Positions 60,686 to 64,000 of a stretch of DNA of 64,000 bases are shown here, piece after piece. The stretch's first letter is position 1. Each line of letters opens with the position of its first letter. Made by a program: the position numbers and the translations under genes. A model generated the notes under the pieces. It was not told the origin of the DNA and ran no database searches. It worked only from the letters and a program-made list of their open reading frames with translations. This DNA is from an uncultured delta proteobacterium (GTDB lineage Bacteria > Desulfobacterota > BSN033 > UBA1163): positions 160,001 through 224,000 of the forward strand of contig CAWHBU010000006.1 in NCBI GenBank assembly GCA_963827685.1, written 5' to 3'.

Positions 60686-61825
60686 ATGAAGGACGTAGAA
60701 AAAGAGAGATTGATGATCAGAACGGCTGCCGAGAAAACTGCCCAAAGGATTGTCCAGCCCCGGGCGGCAAAGATCGATATCACTGGAGAATTTCCCCGTG
60801 ATTTAGTAGAAGCCTTTGGTAGACAGGGTTATCTCTCCCTTCTGCTCCCTGAATCCTATGGTGGAACCGAAGGAGACCTGACCTCATTCTGTATTGTCAT
60901 CGAAGAGATTGCAAAGGTTTGTGGTTCCTCATCCCTTATCATCCTGGCCCAAGGGCTCGGCATCCTACCCATTCTATTAGGTGGCAATTCTTTTCAAAAA
61001 AATCTCTATTTCACAGAGATTTCTGAGAAGAACAGCCTCACCGCCTTTGCGCTCAAAGAACCGGGAGGAGAATTAGAAGCTTCTTCTATCAGGACGATAG
61101 CTGAAAAACAAGGGAAGGATTACCTGATCAACGGGCGTAAATGTTTCATTACTCATGGGAGTCTGGCCAAATTTTACTCTGTCTTCGTAGTGACCCGGCC
61201 AGAACGTGGAGCAGAAGGAATTTCTGCTTTCGTCGTGGAAGATGGAACATCTGGCCTCCTTTTCGGCAAGAGGGAGGAAAAGATCGGGATGAGGGGTTCC
61301 GTGACAACAGATGTGATCTTTGAAAACTGTCGAATAGCTCAAGAAAACCGCCTCGGAGACGAAGGAGAGGGTTGGAAGATCGCGATGAATACACTCAACA
61401 TGTCGAGACCAGCCATTGGAGCGCAGGCAGTAGGCATTGCTCAAGGAGCCCTTGACTTCGCCATTCACTATGCCAACGAACGGATCCAGTTTGGGAAACC
61501 CATTTCGTCATTTCAAGCCATTCAATTTATGATCGCGGATATGGCCACCCGAGTGGAAGCTGCTCGAGCCCTGGTCTACAAGGCAGCCGCTCAGATCGAT
61601 GAAAAACTTGAAGAGACAGAAAAACTCTCAGCGATCTCAAAATACTTTGCCTCCGATATCGCCATGGAAGTGACCACCGACGCCGTTCAGATCCTCGGAG
61701 GTTATGGATATATGAAAGATTATCCTGTGGAGCGGATGATGCGGGATGCCAAGGTCACCCAGATTTATGAAGAACCCAATCAGATTCAACGCTGGATGGT
61801 GGCCCAACAGTTACTAAAAGATTAA
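60686..61825 (+). CDS. Acyl-CoA dehydrogenase family protein
   Basis: INGRKCFIT, KIGMRGS, RIQFGKPI..FQ, QILGGYGY, RDAKVTQIYE. Confidence 0.92.
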   Translation: MKDVEKERLMIRTAAEKTAQRIVQPRAAKIDITGEFPRDLVEAFGRQGYLSLLLPESYGGTEGDLTSFCIVIEEIAKVCGSSSLIILAQGLGILPILLGGNSFQKNLYFTEISEKNSLTAFALKEPGGELEASSIRTIAEKQGKDYLINGRKCFITHGSLAKFYSVFVVTRPERGAEGISAFVVEDGTSGLLFGKREEKIGMRGSVTTDVIFENCRIAQENRLGDEGEGWKIAMNTLNMSRPAIGAQAVGIAQGALDFAIHYANERIQFGKPISSFQAIQFMIADMATRVEAARALVYKAAAQIDEKLEETEKLSAISKYFASDIAMEVTTDAVQILGGYGYMKDYPVERMMRDAKVTQIYEEPNQIQRWMVAQQLLKD

Positions 61826-61841
61826 ATCCCTTGAGGCGGAA

Positions 61842-64000
61842 ATGAGCGGAACTTTTCGCCTTCCTCTCATCCCTATTTTCGTCGTTTATGCCCTTGGCAT
61901 TTATTTTGGCCATTTTGACCTTCCTCTCCTTCCTCAAAGAAACATTCCTCTCTTTATACTCTTGGGTTTTTGGATTCTGCTGCTCGTCATAAAAAGAGCT
62001 CGAATGGGTTCTTGGGCGGCGTTCGCTGTTTTCTTCGTTCTCGGAATTTTTTCAATCCAGCTCTATCTCCATCCGCAACACTCCCCCTCTCACATCTCCC
62101 ATTTCACGGGCCTGGAAAGAATCTCATTGGAGGGAATTATCGATCGTCCCCCTGAACACTCCCAAGAAAGAACCCAATTGCTTATTCGTTCGCAAAAGGT
62201 CATTCTGCCGAACAGCCGCATTCCTGTGGACGGTCTTCTCCTTATCTTCCTTAAAGAGAAGAACCCCTCACTTCGAGTGGGGGATCGCCTTCGGCTTTCT
62301 TGTAGACTTTATCCCCCTCGTGGATTTCATAACCCAGGTGGATTTTCTTACGAACGCCATCTTGCCCTTGAACGGATCCACACCATTGGATTCTTATCCG
62401 AGAAGAAAGCGTGGGTCAAATTGGGGGAGGGGTTTAAAAATCCTGTTACCCGACAGGTAGAGCGCTGGCGGGATCGTATCCGGGATTTTCTGAATCGAGA
62501 AGCCAATCCTCCCGCTTCGAGTATCTTCAAGGCCCTTGTCTTGGGTGAACAGGGCGATATTCCAGAAGCGATAAAGGAATATTTTATTCTTACCGGGACA
62601 GCTCATCTTCTGGCCATTTCAGGAGATCAATTCGGAATTGTTGCCCTCCTTTCCTTCTCTCTGCTGATCTGGATTTTAAAGCGTTCAGAATTTCTTCTTC
62701 TCTCTATCTCCGTTAAGAAGTGGGCGGCTGGCCTGACAATCCCCTGCATCGTCCTCTATGCGTTCATCGCAGGCGGAGGGATTTCGGTGGTCCGAGCCGC
62801 CATCATGGTGATCACCTTCCTCTTTTCCATCTTGCTCAATCGGGAGAGAAACCTGATCCACACACTCGCGCTGGCTGCCTTTCTCATCCTCATCTTTTCA
62901 CCTCCTTCCCTTTTCGATGTTTCCTTCCAGCTTTCCTTCCTCGCCGTTCTTTCGATCCTTTTTCTCGTGCCACGCATCCTTCAAGAGTTCAAACAAGAGG
63001 GAATTTCCCTTCTTCTAAAAACCTCTTGGAAGAAGAATCTCTCTAAATATATCATGCTCTCCCTTCTCGTCACAGGAGTGGCCATCATAGGGACTGCACC
63101 TTTTGTTGCCCTCCATTTCAACCGTTTCGCTCCCATTGGATTCTTCACCAACCTCTTCATCGTCCCCTGGGTGGGCTTCCTGATCGTCCCGCTGAGTCTC
63201 GCCGCTTCCATCTTCTCTTTTTTCTTCACTCCCTTCGCTACCCTCCTGATCAACATCAATAGTTTCATCACCCTGATTCTCCTCCAAGTATTGGCCTTTT
63301 TTGCCTCCCTACCTTTTGCTTCATTCTTTGTCTCAACCCCAAGCATTTTTGAAATTGTCCTTTTTTACCTTCTCCTTTTCCTCGTCGTTCACATTAAGAA
63401 ACGGAGGATGACCCGATATCTTTTTGGGGGGGTGTGCGTTATCCTTGCCCTCGATCTGACATTCTGGAATTTGAAAGATTTATTCCAGAAAGATCTCAGG
63501 TTGAGTTTTATAGATGTCGGGCATGGAGATTCCATCCTGATTGAATTCCCGAAGGGGGAAAGAATGCTCATCGATGGAGGAGGTCTTTATGACGATCGTT
63601 TCGATATTGGAAAGAATGTCATCGCCCCCTTTCTGTGGAGCAGGAAGATACGAAGGATCGACACCCTTGTCCTCACCCATCCTGACCCAGACCATTTGAA
63701 AGGTTTAAACTTCATTGCCTCACAGTTTTCAATTGGCCAATTCTGGGATAATGGTTTTCAGACAGAATCAGAGTCCTATCTCCAACTGAGAAAAATTCTT
63801 AAGGAGAAGAAAATCAAGACCCAGTCGCTTAACGAAGAGACACTCCCTCAAATCATCAATGGAGTTGAGATTTCTGTTCTCAATCCACCGGTGTGGAAGG
63901 CAATGGAAAGGAAGGTCCATCATCATCATCATATGGACCTGAACAATTCCTCTCTGGTTCTGAAGCTTCGATTTAAAAATGTTTCTGTCCTCCTGACAGG
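61842..64000 (+). CDS. comEC: DNA internalization competence protein ComEC/Rec2 (runs off window edge)
   Basis: In-frame motifs GTAHLLAISG, SFQLSF, DVGHGD, THPDPDH, NNSSLV; absent from the ORF track because there is no stop in the window. Confidence 0.92.
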   Translation, partial: MSGTFRLPLIPIFVVYALGIYFGHFDLPLLPQRNIPLFILLGFWILLLVIKRARMGSWAAFAVFFVLGIFSIQLYLHPQHSPSHISHFTGLERISLEGIIDRPPEHSQERTQLLIRSQKVILPNSRIPVDGLLLIFLKEKNPSLRVGDRLRLSCRLYPPRGFHNPGGFSYERHLALERIHTIGFLSEKKAWVKLGEGFKNPVTRQVERWRDRIRDFLNREANPPASSIFKALVLGEQGDIPEAIKEYFILTGTAHLLAISGDQFGIVALLSFSLLIWILKRSEFLLLSISVKKWAAGLTIPCIVLYAFIAGGGISVVRAAIMVITFLFSILLNRERNLIHTLALAAFLILIFSPPSLFDVSFQLSFLAVLSILFLVPRILQEFKQEGISLLLKTSWKKNLSKYIMLSLLVTGVAIIGTAPFVALHFNRFAPIGFFTNLFIVPWVGFLIVPLSLAASIFSFFFTPFATLLININSFITLILLQVLAFFASLPFASFFVSTPSIFEIVLFYLLLFLVVHIKKRRMTRYLFGGVCVILALDLTFWNLKDLFQKDLRLSFIDVGHGDSILIEFPKGERMLIDGGGLYDDRFDIGKNVIAPFLWSRKIRRIDTLVLTHPDPDHLKGLNFIASQFSIGQFWDNGFQTESESYLQLRKILKEKKIKTQSLNEETLPQIINGVEISVLNPPVWKAMERKVHHHHHMDLNNSSLVLKLRFKNVSVLLT

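Overview
Bacterial chromosomal window that looks deltaproteobacterial (Desulfobacterota/Syntrophales-like gene content and order; taxonomy is inference). Three parts. (1) 1-8585: an mdtABC-type RND efflux operon (mdtB frameshifted) and a large heptaheme cytochrome c. (2) 8586-45806: a ~37.2 kb island integrated in the 3' end of the tmRNA gene, bounded by a perfect 28-bp direct repeat, with matching tandem GGAGAAC arm-type sites inside both ends. Its left arm (8.7-20 kb) is an unusual backbone: a tyrosine integrase whose catalytic Tyr is out of frame, a 601-aa HTH ORFan, a DUF3102-like protein, a phage-DpdA-like TGT-fold protein, a T4 gp45-like sliding clamp, an RHH protein, a Rep-like protein followed by 22-bp iterons and an AT-rich tract, a second Zn-binding TGT-fold protein and a decayed family A DNA polymerase end. 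No 7-deazaguanine biosynthesis, dpdB/C, capsid or conjugation genes were recognised. The cargo (20-43 kb) is a MarR-headed anaerobic catabolic cluster with three Mo/W enzyme families, an ABC importer, a cyclase-family hydrolase and a DRE-TIM enzyme. (3) 45.8-64 kb: core genome with ssrA overlapped by smpB, an NtrY-like kinase, an enlarged rnpB, rnhA, tRNA-Ile2, rpoD, dnaG, mutS2, yqeY, rpsU, an IS1202-family element with a 16-bp target duplication, an acyl-CoA dehydrogenase and comEC. The best candidate for an undescribed system is the two-transglycosylase, phage-type clamp, iteron-replicon backbone. All family calls are by-eye motif recognition; no searches were run.
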